Translations under genes and position numbers: made by a program
Assembly: GCA_016748015.1 (NCBI GenBank)
Contig: JAAOMT010000094.1
Span: 398,457-462,456, forward strand
From: Geosiphon pyriformis uo1
Lineage: Eukaryota; Fungi; Glomeromycota
Direction: 5' to 3'
DNA: 64,000 nucleotides
Shown here: one piece after another, positions 52,409 through 64,000 of the stretch
How positions within the stretch are numbered: the stretch's first letter is position 1
Layout: every line of letters starts with the position of its first letter
Notes under the pieces: generated by a model
Seen by the model: only the letters and a program-made list of their open reading frames with translations
Told to the model about the DNA's origin: nothing
Database searches by the model: none

Positions 52409-53245
52409 ACATAATAACTTAGAATAACATAATACAAAACTTGATAACATGTTATAGCATAAAATAACTAGTTGAAATATAGGATAACTAGTAATAATGT
52501 AGAAAAACAAAACAATAACAGAAATAGTAAAACAATAGCTAACAAGAATGAAACAATTAAAAAACAATCCTGTAGAACCAAAAAAATATATAAAAATGAG
52601 TAGTTATAAAAGTTAAAAAAAGACAGCCAGATAAGAATTAATTTTTTTTTTCTTATAATTATTACATCTTATAAAAAATAAAAGATTTATTTGAAACTTG
52701 AAATCATTGATACATAGTTATCAACTATCTTGTGTTCTTCTTGAACTAATTATTGTTTTATATTTTTATTCTGAAACAAATACTCTTAGCATAAATGCCT
52801 TGAACCACTAATGATTTGAACTAATTGCTCTTGATCATGGCAATTAACAATACTAATTTTTCTTTAAATTTTATTTTATTTTTTATTTTTTTTCTCTTTT
52901 TCATTTTTTTATTCTTTTGTAGAACAACAATATAAGAAAATTGATTGTCTGAGAATAAACTTTGTGATAGTCTGGTAAAAGAGAAAAGCTTTTCTTAGGT
53001 TTAGATATTAACATTATTTTGTTAGCTTATTAGAAAGGTAAAAAGACACTGCCAGATTCTAGTAACTGCACTCAATTAGCTTGAAGAAAAAAGTTCACAT
53101 TAACAAATTGCAATACTATACAAACAATAACTTTGTGCTTTATAACCAAAGAACTTTACAGGTAAATTTACCTTCAATAAAAGATCTTTAGAGACTAATA
53201 AATCAGACATATTACTACTATACTCTGCTAAGTTTACCTATAACA
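52409..53245 (+). repeat. LTR fragment of a distantly B/D-related family (F)
   Basis: Shares blocks GCTCTTGATCATGGC, CTGGTAAAAGA and TAGCTTATTAGAAAGG with D LTRs; ends TATAACA exactly where E-LTR homology starts. Confidence 0.6.
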
Positions 53246-53583
53246 TTATGTATTTGTAGTATTTAAAAATTATTGAATAAAACATGACTGAAAAGCACAT
53301 TTAATATTTAATATTAAATTCTAAAAGTGTCAATATAAGACATAGAATTATATTAGTGTATTATTATTATTTGTTGACAGTACAGACTATTTCTTTATTT
53401 TCAAATTTTTTTGTTATTCTTTAAAAAAATAATAACTGAGATATTTTATAAGACTGATCTTGTATATTAAATCCATACTTATTCAATTTTTTCTTTATAA
53501 TTAAATTTTTTTTAATTTTTTTTATTATCATACAATTCTGTTCTTCTTTGCTATTTGTTATTTTATTACTCTAACTTATAACA
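53246..53583 (+). repeat. E-family LTR fragment
   Basis: Reverse complement of about 20833-21168, including the same LTR/LINE junction. Confidence 0.85.
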
Positions 53584-53890
53584 TTATTATATATATAATT
53601 AAAAAATAATATTTAAATTGTATACTTTTTTTTTTCTACATCCAAAATTTCCTAAAAAGCATTTTTTGAAAAAGAAGTTTTTTGTTTTTATCTTTTTAGT
53701 TATATTATTTTCAATATTTTTCAAAATAATAATTTTTTTGTGATGAATCTGGAAGCTGCTTTAAGTAACAATATGTTTAAGAAAAAGGTGTCCAAAAAAG
53801 CTTTTTATAATCCTATTAGAAACACTTTTTTCTTAAAAAAAAGGGTTTTTGTGAGTAATATTAAGCACTTTGATGATGAAAAAAAAATAT

Positions 53891-54531
53891 TGTTATGGGT
53901 TGAAGTAACAAGCTAATGGATAGCAATGGAGAACAGGATTGTAGGATGATGGAAATAATTAAAGGGGATTCAACTTTAAAGAACGAATTGAATGAGTATG
54001 GATTCAATGTGTGAGATCAGTCTCATAAAATATCTCAGTCACTATTCTTTTCAAAGGTAACTAGGGAATCTGAAGGTAGAGGGATAGTCCGTATTATCAA
54101 CAAATAATCACACTTGGTATAATTTTATGTCTTATGTCAGCACTCTTAGAATTCAATATCAAGTATCAGATGTGCTTTTCAGTCATGTTTTATTCAATAA
54201 TCTTCAAATGATTCAATTATATATGTTAGAAAAAGGCCAACAAATAATCTTTTATCTTTTAAGATGTTCAGATACTTGAAGATAAGAAAAGGAAATTTAG
54301 CAATAAGAGAAAGATTGAGGTGAAAGTTTGTTGTTTTATTTATTCTTGATTATTCAGATGTTTGTTATTACATGCTTTTCTACAGCTAAGAGATTCATCA
54401 CTTATATAGCTATCAAAAGTGGTCAATGATCAGGTCAATGATCACTTTCTAAAAATAGTGTGGCTAATCATATGATATCAGTGACTAATACATATGATAA
54501 TTAATAAGAAGTATAGGTCTCAACCATAACA
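53891..54531 (-). repeat. Solo LTR, E family (641 bp)
   Basis: TGTTATGG...CCATAACA with ATAT TSD; absent from the paralogous site at about 20530. Confidence 0.95.
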
Positions 54532-56028
54532 ATATCTTTGATCAAATTTCGTCTTGGTAGTCAGATATAAAGAGTAAATCTAGTGATGATAAAGTCGATA
54601 ATACTATATTAGATTCTGGTAATGGTTTTTTTTTGGCTTAATTATAACAAATTCCAAAGATAAAAAGATTAATACTGACTTAATTAGTAGTTTTTCTATT
54701 GATATAATTGATTTTGAAATAGATAAAAATGTGAAACCTCTTTTTTTTTCTCTTAATATCTCTTTTAACAAAAAATAAATTAACTTTAAGATAGTAAAGA
54801 CTCAAGTTAAAGTGTCTGTTAAAAAATTCTTTACTTTAAATATTAATTTCTCAACAGTAAATGGCAAATTAGCAACAATAAAAACACAGTTTATTAGAAA
54901 ATTGTTTTTAATAGTCAATGGTTTTAGAAAAGCCACTACTTTCTCAAAAGTTGAAAAAATCATTAAATCAACATTTACATTAAAAAAAAAACATAGAAAA
55001 GATTACTTTATTGGCCAAAGAAAAAGACATTATTGTAAATACCAATTTCAAGAGACAAAAAGTGCACTTAAATTGGGCTGTAATGATCAAAAAAATTTTC
55101 ATAAACACACAAAAAAATTAATTATCATTATAATATTCAAATTTGGCCAAATTAAATTAATTTGAGTATAACTAATTGGACTATAACAGAAAACTATGAT
55201 TAAATTTACTGAATTAAGTCAAACAAATTTGTTGGCTTCAAATTGATCATTCTTAATTGGAAAAAATTCAGTTCATATGGCAAAAACCATAAGAGATTGA
55301 GATACTTAGATGTTTAAAAATTAATTTAGGGCACTTTTATTTACTCTTTTTATAGAAATAACTGTTTATAATCTTGATGCTCTATTGGATAAAGTCAGTA
55401 AAAAAACTTATATTATCAATTGGTCATTTAATATTGGTAACAAAGTTTGTTGTACTGTAGTTGATTTTGAGTCTAATAAAAAACTAAAATTTGTTTTTCA
55501 TACAGAATTGATATTTGGTGGTATCAACTTTTTTGGACAAGATTGAATTTATTGTGAGAAATATAAGCATCTTAAGAATTTATTTCTTGAATGTGACTTT
55601 TTGAAATTATCTGCTTTTATTTCAAAAAAGACTTATAAAAAAATTATTTCAGATAAGAATTAGTTTTAATTGATTCATCTATATACAAAGAAAAATGCTT
55701 CTATTGTTTGTTATTGGCAGATTAGATGTTAATAATTATACACAAATTAAATAAAATAGATTTGGTGTTTCTTGTACTTGTTCTTTCCTCTCTTATTTTG
55801 ATTAACTCTTTAATTTTAAGTTCAAGTTTGGCCTCAAATCTGGTTTTAAAAATTCTATTATTATTGTCTTTTTATGTGGGAACAAATATGGTTTTGAATA
55901 ATTTTTAGGCTTTTTTTTTTTTTCTATTGGTAACATCTAAAGTATTGGTTTTAATTTACACAATTCTAAAATTTTGATTACCAAGATTGGAAGTCTGAAG
56001 TCTAAAATGATTGTTCTTGAAATCTTGG

Positions 56029-56975
56029 TATTATTAAAGGTTTTTGATCTTTTTTTTTGAATGTTGTTAATATTTGTTTGCTGTAAATTCATGTTTTTTA
56101 GAAGTTATTAAATCTCTGATAACTGAATTTATCTTTAAATTATTTTCTATAATTTAAATTGCTGGACTTATAAGTAGAATAACCAATTCTATACCAGTTA
56201 TTTGTATAATTACTTTGTAGTAAACATCAACTCTTTCTCAAGAATTGCTTATCTGAAAATTTATTAAAATATGTAGTTACTTTGCTATAAAAGTCAATTT
56301 TTTTACAGAAATCTCATTTGTAAGTTACTCTAATAATTATAACAAAAAAAAAGAAATATAAAAGAAATAAAATTTTGTTAAGAAAATTGTTTTCTATTTA
56401 GGCTTAAAGTTACTAACAAATTACTAAAATTGGTAACTAGTTAATTTCAAAACATAGTTGGATTTCAGAAAATGTTAAGTGTAATTATTTTACAAATTGG
56501 TTTTCAAAGTATTTTTTTATTTTGAATTATACTAATAAAAATAAATTTAAAAGTAAGATATCTTTAATAAAATACATTTTCTCAAAAAAAAAAGCTTTTT
56601 TTTATACAACTTGTTGTAATACTAGTTTATAAACTTGAATTTTTTTTTGCTATAATTTTAATAAACTTAAGATATATTTCAATAAACTATAAGTTATTTT
56701 AATAAATTATTAATTATTTTAGTGTACTATTCATTATTTTGGTAAATTTGTACATATTTCAACAAATTCTCAAATATTACATAGTTTGGAGTATTGTGTA
56801 ATTTGATTATCTTAATTTCTATTGTATAAATTGAATTATTAATTAAATAGTAATTTTTAATAATTTTAATTAAATAATAAGTAATAATTTAAATAATCAT
56901 AGTATATGCTAATTAATAATAAGAATTATAAGAGTAATTTTATGCTAATTAATGACTAAAATTTTATTGGTAACA
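56029..56975 (-). repeat. Solo LTR, A/C family
   Basis: Colinear with 4030-5015; TTGG TSD. Confidence 0.93.
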
Positions 56976-58592
56976 TTGGTCAGTTCAATTTTAAATAGAT
57001 TAGATTAATTGTGTACTAATTTAGACTTTTAAGTATTATTTTTACATCAATAACCAGCTTTATTTGAAAGTTTGCAATCTGTAATATTAGGGAAATAAAC
57101 AATTTAGCTAAACAAAAAAATATTATTAAGTGACACAAAGATTTAGACAATTTAGTTTCTATTATTACCAAAACAAAACTAAAAAGCAAACCAGACTTTG
57201 GATTAAAAATAAGTTTCTGGGTTTAAAAGTTTTTGTTTTTGAATTAGATATTAGTTATTTGGATTTAAAAGTGGCAATAATAATAAATAATAATCTTGTT
57301 TAATATATGTGCAAAATCTCTAAAGTCTTTGGTTATTTTATTTTTATCTATCTTTTTTTTACCAACAAGATTTCAATAACAATTTTGGGTTTATATGCCA
57401 GTACTTCAATTAGTATAAAATTTAACCAGACATGTAAAATAAATGTGTGTATTGCCAAAGCAGTTAATTTAAGTTTCTATATAGTTCTAAATAATGATTT
57501 CAATAAGAATAAGATGAAATACAATACAAATTTCAGAAAATGTCTGAATTTGGGTCTATATAACTCTTTTTTGTGCAGTTTTTTCTCTAAACTTTTAATG
57601 TAGAGTAATTTAAAAGGAGTAAAAAAAACTATTGATTTTATTTTAATTAGTAAATATTTATTAATGGCTGTATTAAATTAAAGTTTCAATAATGTATCTA
57701 AATTTTTTAATACTAATTATATGGCTGTCTTTGTTTTTGTTAACATAAGTGGTCTTTTAAATAAATACTTAAATACAACTTGAAAGTAAGCAAATAAAAA
57801 CTGCTGGAAATTCAAGTTCAATAATTTAGATATTGCCAAGTAGAACCACTTTAAAGAATATTTTTCTGCCAAAATGTCAAAGTTGTTAAATAAGTTTATG
57901 AATGCAAAAAAACTTAATAATTTAGATTTTTGTGAAAAATATTGAAAATAGTAATGACTAACTTAGCAGATTTGATCTTTTCTAAATACTGATTTAATGT
58001 ATTTGATTGTTTAAAAAATAAACAAACTTTTAGATTTACAAACTTAAAGCATTGATTGCCAAGATGATCAAGGTTTTAAACTTAAACAACAATTTAGAAT
58101 TTACTTATTTTGTTAAAATTTGGTCAAATATTAATAATGTACAAGCTTTTAAAATTTATGTTTTAATTAATAAAAGTGCTAACTTTATGGAAATTTTCAA
58201 ATACTTGTTAACAATCAAAAAATCTTATTATAAGTCTCAGTACAGTAAAGCAGAATTGGTTAAGGATATATCTATTAAAAAAGCAATTAAAAAGCATATA
58301 GAAAACTTTAATTTAGATAAAAAAATATGATAAAAAGTGTTTTGAAAAAATTTTTTTATAAAATGATATTAGACTATTTAGTTATAAGAGAAGATCTAAT
58401 TTTAGAACCAGAAGATATGAAGCTTAAGGTAAATAAAATCATAATTAATTGAACAAAAAAATGAAAAATACATAAGATAATACTAAAATTGTGGTCTTAT
58501 TAATATATATCTTTAAACTATATAAAAAATGACTTTTTTTCTGATGTAATAAATGAAATCAGCATAGAGAATTTAGCTTTAGTAGTTAAAAA

Positions 58593-61487
58593 TAAGGTTT
58601 TAATGTTCAGTTTAGTTTGGTTCAAGTTCAATCAAATTATTAAATCAAACCAAACTTAAACAGAAAATTTGGCAAAACTTTAAACTTAAACTTGAACCAA
58701 ACTTAAAATTACTAAACTTGAACCAAATCTGAACACATACAACAAGTCTGGTTCAAGTTTAGTTCAAAGTTCATAAACATGTTTAGGTTTAACTATTAAA
58801 AACATTATATTATATTATATTATTATTTAATTTTTTTTTCAATAATTTCTGCATCTATGATTAAAAACACTGTGCTGCTCTTATGGTTTTAAGCATTAAG
58901 TGAGATCTTATATTTGTAATCATATTTTTACCTGCAGAAAAGACATTTTTAGAAGCAACAGATAATTTTTAAATTGTTAAATAATTATAAACCATATATA
59001 AAAGACAAAAAAATTGTGTTTAATATATTTAAATATTAAATTATTAATAAAATGTTAATTTAAATAAATATTTTTTGTAATATATCTTTTATTATGCCAT
59101 TATATCTATTTTTCTTTTAATCACTTTTTCAGAAATATAACAATCAATTTTGTCAAGTTTTTTTTTCTTATTATTATTAAAGTCTGCCTTTAATATATAT
59201 TATATAATTGATATTATAGTATTATTAAAATTGGTATTTAACAAAAAACTGTTATTTGATGTTAATATAATGTTTAATATATATATTCTAAAAATTTATT
59301 TATTATATGAAAGTTGGAAAAAATAACTTACAATTTTTTTGTTTAATTAATATTGTCATTTAAAAATTCTCTCTTTGTAAAATAATAAAATTTTTTTCTT
59401 AGATTCAATACAGTACAGAATATTACAGTTGTATTTGTTTTAGAGTAATATTCAACCAACTTTTTTCTTCTTGTCCTAGTTATTATAATAAGTAATAAAT
59501 CTAATATTAAATGTATTAAATAAATAACTAAATAAATACAATTGAAATTATAATGCTTTACTAAATTTATTATAATCAACCATGTTTTTAATGTAATTAA
59601 GAATAATATTAAAAAGAAAAATAATTAAAAAAGCAGTATTATTTGCACTGGTTAGTATTTTGATTGTAATATTTTTAAATAGTTTAAAAAATTTAGCAAT
59701 TTTATTAAATATAGCTTATTAATTATATAAAATAGCATATTAATAAAGATCAATATAAGTATTAGTAAAGATGTTTAATGCTTATAAATTTACAGTTAAA
59801 ATTTTGTATTCAAAATATATGGAATCAAAAATAAACAACTTGCCAATTTAAGAGATAACCTATTTTTAATCATGTCATAAGTAAAATTCTACTTGTAATT
59901 TTTCTGGACATTTTGCTTTTTCTTATAATATTTTTCTATTGTAATATATATTGTCTAGTGAAAAGTCTTTAAATAGTACTATAAGAGTTTAGTAGTGCCT
60001 ATAGTTCCACAAAAAAATGGTTTATGTTGTTACTGGAGGTTTTTGGTCTTTTTTTTGAATGTTGTTAATGTCTGTTTATTGTAAATTTGCATTTTTTGAA
60101 AGTAGTTGAACCTTTAATAACTGAATTTATCTTCAAATTATCTTCTATAATTTAAACTGCTGGGCTTATAAGTAGAATATCCAATTTCATGCCAGTTACT
60201 TATGTAGTTATGTTGTAGTAAACATCAACTTTTTCTCAGGAATTGCTCATTTGAAAGCTTATTAAAATATGTAGTTATTTTGCTATGAAAGCTAACTCTT
60301 TTACAAAAATCTTGTCTGTAAACTACTCTAATGATTATGATAAGAAAAAAAAAGAAAAATAAAAAAAATAGAATTTTGTCAAGGGAAACATTTTCTATCC
60401 AAATTTGAGATTACTAACAAATTACTGAAATTGGTAGCTAATCAATTTCAAAATATTAGTTGTGTTGAGAGAATTTCAAGTGTAATACTCAAAGAATTTG
60501 GTTTTCAAATTTTTTAATTTTTATTTGAGATATGTAAAAAAGTGATTTGTTCTAATTAAGATATCTAAGATAAGATACTATGATAAGATATAAGAAGATA
60601 ATTTTCTTGAAAAAAGAAGCTCTTTTTTTATACAACTTGTTGTAATACTAGTCTTTAAACTTGCACTTTTCTTTTTGCTCTAATTTTGGTGAACTAAAGA
60701 TATATTTCAGCAAACTACAAGTTATTTTACTGAACTATTGATTATTTCGGTCAATTTTTATCAATTTCGGCGAATTTTAACTATGTTACATAGTTCAGGG
60801 TATTGTGTAATTTAATCATCTTAATTTCTATGGTACAAATCAAGTTATTAATTAAATAATAATATTTGATAATTTGATTAAATAATAAGTGATAATAAAA
60901 ATGATAATAATATATACTAATTAAAAGAAATTATGAGAGTAATTTTATGTTAATTAATAGCTAAAATTTTACTGATAACAATATATATATTTTGAAACTA
61001 TATATTTAGCTATTTTTTTTTTATTTACTCAAACTTATCAAAATAGTTCTATATTTTACTCTAAAAACTATATTTATTAAATATATTAATATTTAAACTA
61101 TTTGGGTTATTAAATTCTATTATTTTGAATTTTAAATCTTCAGTAACATTGGATAATGCTGACAATAAATTTATTTTGGTAAGTTGAAAAATGGAGTTGT
61201 TATATATGCATAGTTTTATATATCTCTTTAATTATAGTAATTAAACAAAATAATAATTAATAAACAAGTAGTATAAGTTATATTTTTTTTTAATTTCATC
61301 AAACTTAAACAAGTTTGTGAACTTTAAACTAGACTTGAATTGAACTCAAACTTGTCAAAAAAATTTAATGCTAAACTCAAACTGAATTTACTTTGAAAAA
61401 TTGGTTTAATTTAAATTTGGTTTATAATTTAAATTGAATTTAAACAACATTCAAAGTTCAGTTCAGTTTGGTTCAATTGGAACTTTA
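58593..61487 (-). mobile_element. hAT DNA transposon relic (internally deleted)
   Basis: 8-bp TSD GTTAAAAA/GTTAAGAA; TIRs TAAGGTTTTAAT and ATTGGAACTTTA; subterminal (G/A)AAC(C/T) repeat arrays; dimerisation-domain relic SVASKNVFSAG...TIRAAQC at about 58860-58965; LVEYYSKT...TVLNLR (ILDPR). Confidence 0.88.
60028..60980 (-). repeat. Solo LTR, A/C family, inside the hAT element
   Basis: TGTTACTGG...GATAACA; TSD ATGT/ATAT. Confidence 0.93.
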
Positions 61488-64000
61488 GTTAAGAATTTGC
61501 TTATTAATAAAGCTGTCAATCTTTTAGGAATATTGAATAAATTTTAGAAATATTGTGATAATTTAATATTAGGATGTCTTTTAAATCTGTTGAACTTTTG
61601 TTTAATTTATAGTAATATTCTAGTTTTTTGAAAAAATGTCTGGATTTTTATAATTTCTAAGCCATATAAGTGAAATAGAATTCTTATAAACACATGATCT
61701 ATTGTATTAATCAAAATAGCAAAAAAAATTTTGTCTAAAATTTTATCAAATTGTATTTTATTAATTTATAGTAAATTTAACATTCTCTGAGATGACAATT
61801 TTTTAGTTTTAAAGAGTATTATAACTCAATTTTTTATTTTTGCCATTAGTTTATTAATAAAAAATGCTTTAGAAAAAAATCATAAGTTTTGGTTTAAAAA
61901 CTTCTATAATTTTAGAAGCAAGTGGTTTTTAAGATTTTACAAATTGGAAATTTTGGTTTTAAAGTTGGTTAAAACTCTTTTTTTTAAAAATACTATTAAG
62001 TTTGATTACTTTGGAAAAATTTGGTTTAGATTAAATACTGTTAATTTTCTTAAGCTGTCATCTTTGGTCAAAAGTAGAGTGAAAAGTAAAGAGATATTTT
62101 TTTATTATTAAAAGTCAAGAAAACATATTACACATCCAAATATTAAGAATTTGAAGCTATAAAAACAACTATAATTCGGGACACAATTGATAAGAAAATA
62201 AAAAATTTTTGTATAAACAAAGATTGTATAATTAGAAATATTTTAAAGAAACTTTTTTCAAAAATAGTTTTGATTTATTTAGTAGTAGATAAAAATTTGA
62301 TTTTAGAACTTGAGATGGTAAAAACCAAAGTAGATGAGATTATAAAAAACTGGATTAAAAAGAGACTAGTGTTTAAAATAATACCAAATCTTTGGTTTTG
62401 GCAATATATGCTTTTGGATTATATTAAAAATGAAATATTTTTTAATATTATAATATGAATCAATTCAGATAAGTTGTTTCTAATTATAAAAAATTTACCT
62501 AATAACAAAACTACTGACCTATCAGGTATTTCAAAAAAACTGTGAAAACAATATGGTTTTAAAGTTATGGCATGTCTTTTAGTTCTGTTAAATTGTTGTT
62601 TAGATATTGGCACAGTTTTTACTTTATAGAAAAATGCTTAAATTTCTATAATTTCAAAGCTTTATAATTGGAATGGAGTATTAATCAACACTAGACCAAT
62701 AGCACTAATTAAAATGGCCAGTATTACTCATAAAAGAAAATATATAAAAAAAAATAGTAGAAAAAACAGATAGACCAATAGAAAAGTAGTAGTTAGTATA
62801 TGAGCACATTGTTTAACCATGTGGAACAATATCAAAAATTATGGCATATTGCTTAGCAATATAGAACAATATTAGAAAATTAGGACATATTGCTTAGCAA
62901 TGTGAGCATTGCTCAAGAAATCATAGCACATTGCTTGAATATGTAAGTAATTTCATAGAACCAAAATTATGTATATATAGCAAAAGCATTAGAAGCAAAA
63001 AAGACAGACTTCTTAGTTTAGATCTAATCTAAGCAATCTTCCAATTCACAAATTATCAATAAATAAATATTTACCATCTCAATTCATTTTTCTACTATCA
63101 ACACTTTATGTTGATAGTAATTAATACTTAACCCCACTGAAACAATAGCTCTTAATCATGACTATTGATAAGATACTAATATTCATCTTGCCTTGGCTTA
63201 TTTTTTTATTTTTTTTGTTATTTTTTTTTTTTCTTTGTTTATTTTGTTGTTTACTAATTAATTAAGGATTAAAGTACTGAGTTATTGATATTAAAAATAG
63301 CCTGGTAAAAGATTCAGAAATAAAAATAAAATTATATATATTAATAAATAGCTTACTAGAAGAGCACAAATGTTAGAATAAATCTAGCCACCAAGCTGAG
63401 AAAGAAATTGGATGAAATTACAATTCCAAGAAGCTACCATAATTACCATTCAATTTCTGTCTATTATACAAAAAACTCCACACCAAACTTTCAGATATTA
63501 TAGAACAAAGTAACTATTGAGCACCAAGTTATAGGTTTGTTATTTAATCCAACACCCAAATAATCACCTGTAACACCAAGAAAATTTTGTCAAAAATACT
63601 TTTAGATTAGATCTTTTTTGTATGCAATATATCTGACATTCTTTATAAAAATAATTTCTTAGTATTAAAAGATATGTCAATTTGGTCTTCAGTATTTATA
63701 ATTGATTCAATTATAAAGAATGCTTTAGAAAAGAATAAAAAGTTGTGATTGATTTTGTAAAACATATATAAAGCATATAATTTGGTCAGTTAACATTATT
63801 TAAAGAACAGCCTAAGATGCATTAAAATATGTAAACAATTTATCAGTTTTTTTGGCAGTATATATTAGAACAGAATTAATAAAGTTATAACTGATTTTGG
63901 TCTGTTGAATGGCTATTATATACATAATAGATTGGACCAAAATAAGATTTTTTTACCTTTTTTTTGGAAAATTTTTTATGACCCTTTTTTGTATGAAGTT
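61488..64000 (+). mobile_element. LINE reverse transcriptase relics (two overlapping fragments, junction at about 61895)
   Basis: NLPNNKT..LSGI, KLYNWNGVLINTRPIALI, RKILSKIL and NIYKAYNLV (DMxKAYDSV); the same segment occurs twice (58300-61890 and 62200-63750). Confidence 0.8.
62722..63575 (+). repeat. Solo LTR, D-type U3
   Basis: TATTACTCA...TGTAACA; TSD CCAG/CCAA; the LINE frame resumes after it. Confidence 0.93.

Larger units (their letters stand above)
53584..58592 (+). mobile_element. LINE relic (ORF1, AP-endonuclease, pre-RT region) interrupted by two solo LTRs
   Basis: ORF1 ATG at 53743 and a decayed CCHC (CEKYKH....LEC). Endonuclease-like motifs ILGLYA, VLNNDFN (GDFN), KTIDFIL and NTNY (TDH). 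Frame resumes at 61488. Confidence 0.8.

Noticed and set aside
26893-52412. ATGT and ACAT flanks of B2 as a CpG-decayed ACGT TSD
   Set aside because: Formally possible, but the flanking sequences are different LTRs in opposite orientations and the two B2 LTRs differ.
18656-56195. Inverted arms as giant TIRs of one 37-kb transposon
   Set aside because: The arms consist of decayed LINE and LTR pieces, end at later insertion points rather than defined termini, and show no TSD or dedicated enzyme.

Overview
This is an AT-rich, CpG-poor eukaryotic region made almost entirely of decayed transposable elements. No intact host gene, RNA gene or CRISPR array is visible. The element repertoire resembles, from memory and not from a search, a Glomeromycotan fungus such as Geosiphon. 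Working labels are used below. Ty3/Gypsy LTR retrotransposons of at least three families dominate: A (1-5015) and C (30877-40756) in one family; B1 (5530-15625), chimeric B2 (26897-52408) and non-autonomous D in a second; and E (20833-26170) in a third. They are nested up to six levels deep, together with solo LTRs carrying 4-bp TSDs. The window also holds LINE relics, a hAT relic with an 8-bp TSD, and a Tc1/mariner-superfamily element (46737-52397, TA TSD). The most striking observations are four. (1) The Tc1/mariner element carries an intron-containing bromodomain gene relic head-to-head with its transposase, plus a possible third gene. (2) The A/C and B Gypsy families share an unusual layout: Gag-PR-Cys-rich domain-dUTPase-RT-RNaseH, a conserved stop, a separately starting integrase, then a conserved non-env ORF3; family E appears to share the last three features. 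(3) Related LTRs carry interchangeable U3 repeat cassettes. (4) An old inverted duplication shares identical insertion junctions. All coding relics are damaged by C>T/G>A transitions. Coordinates were read by eye, so domain boundaries are approximate.
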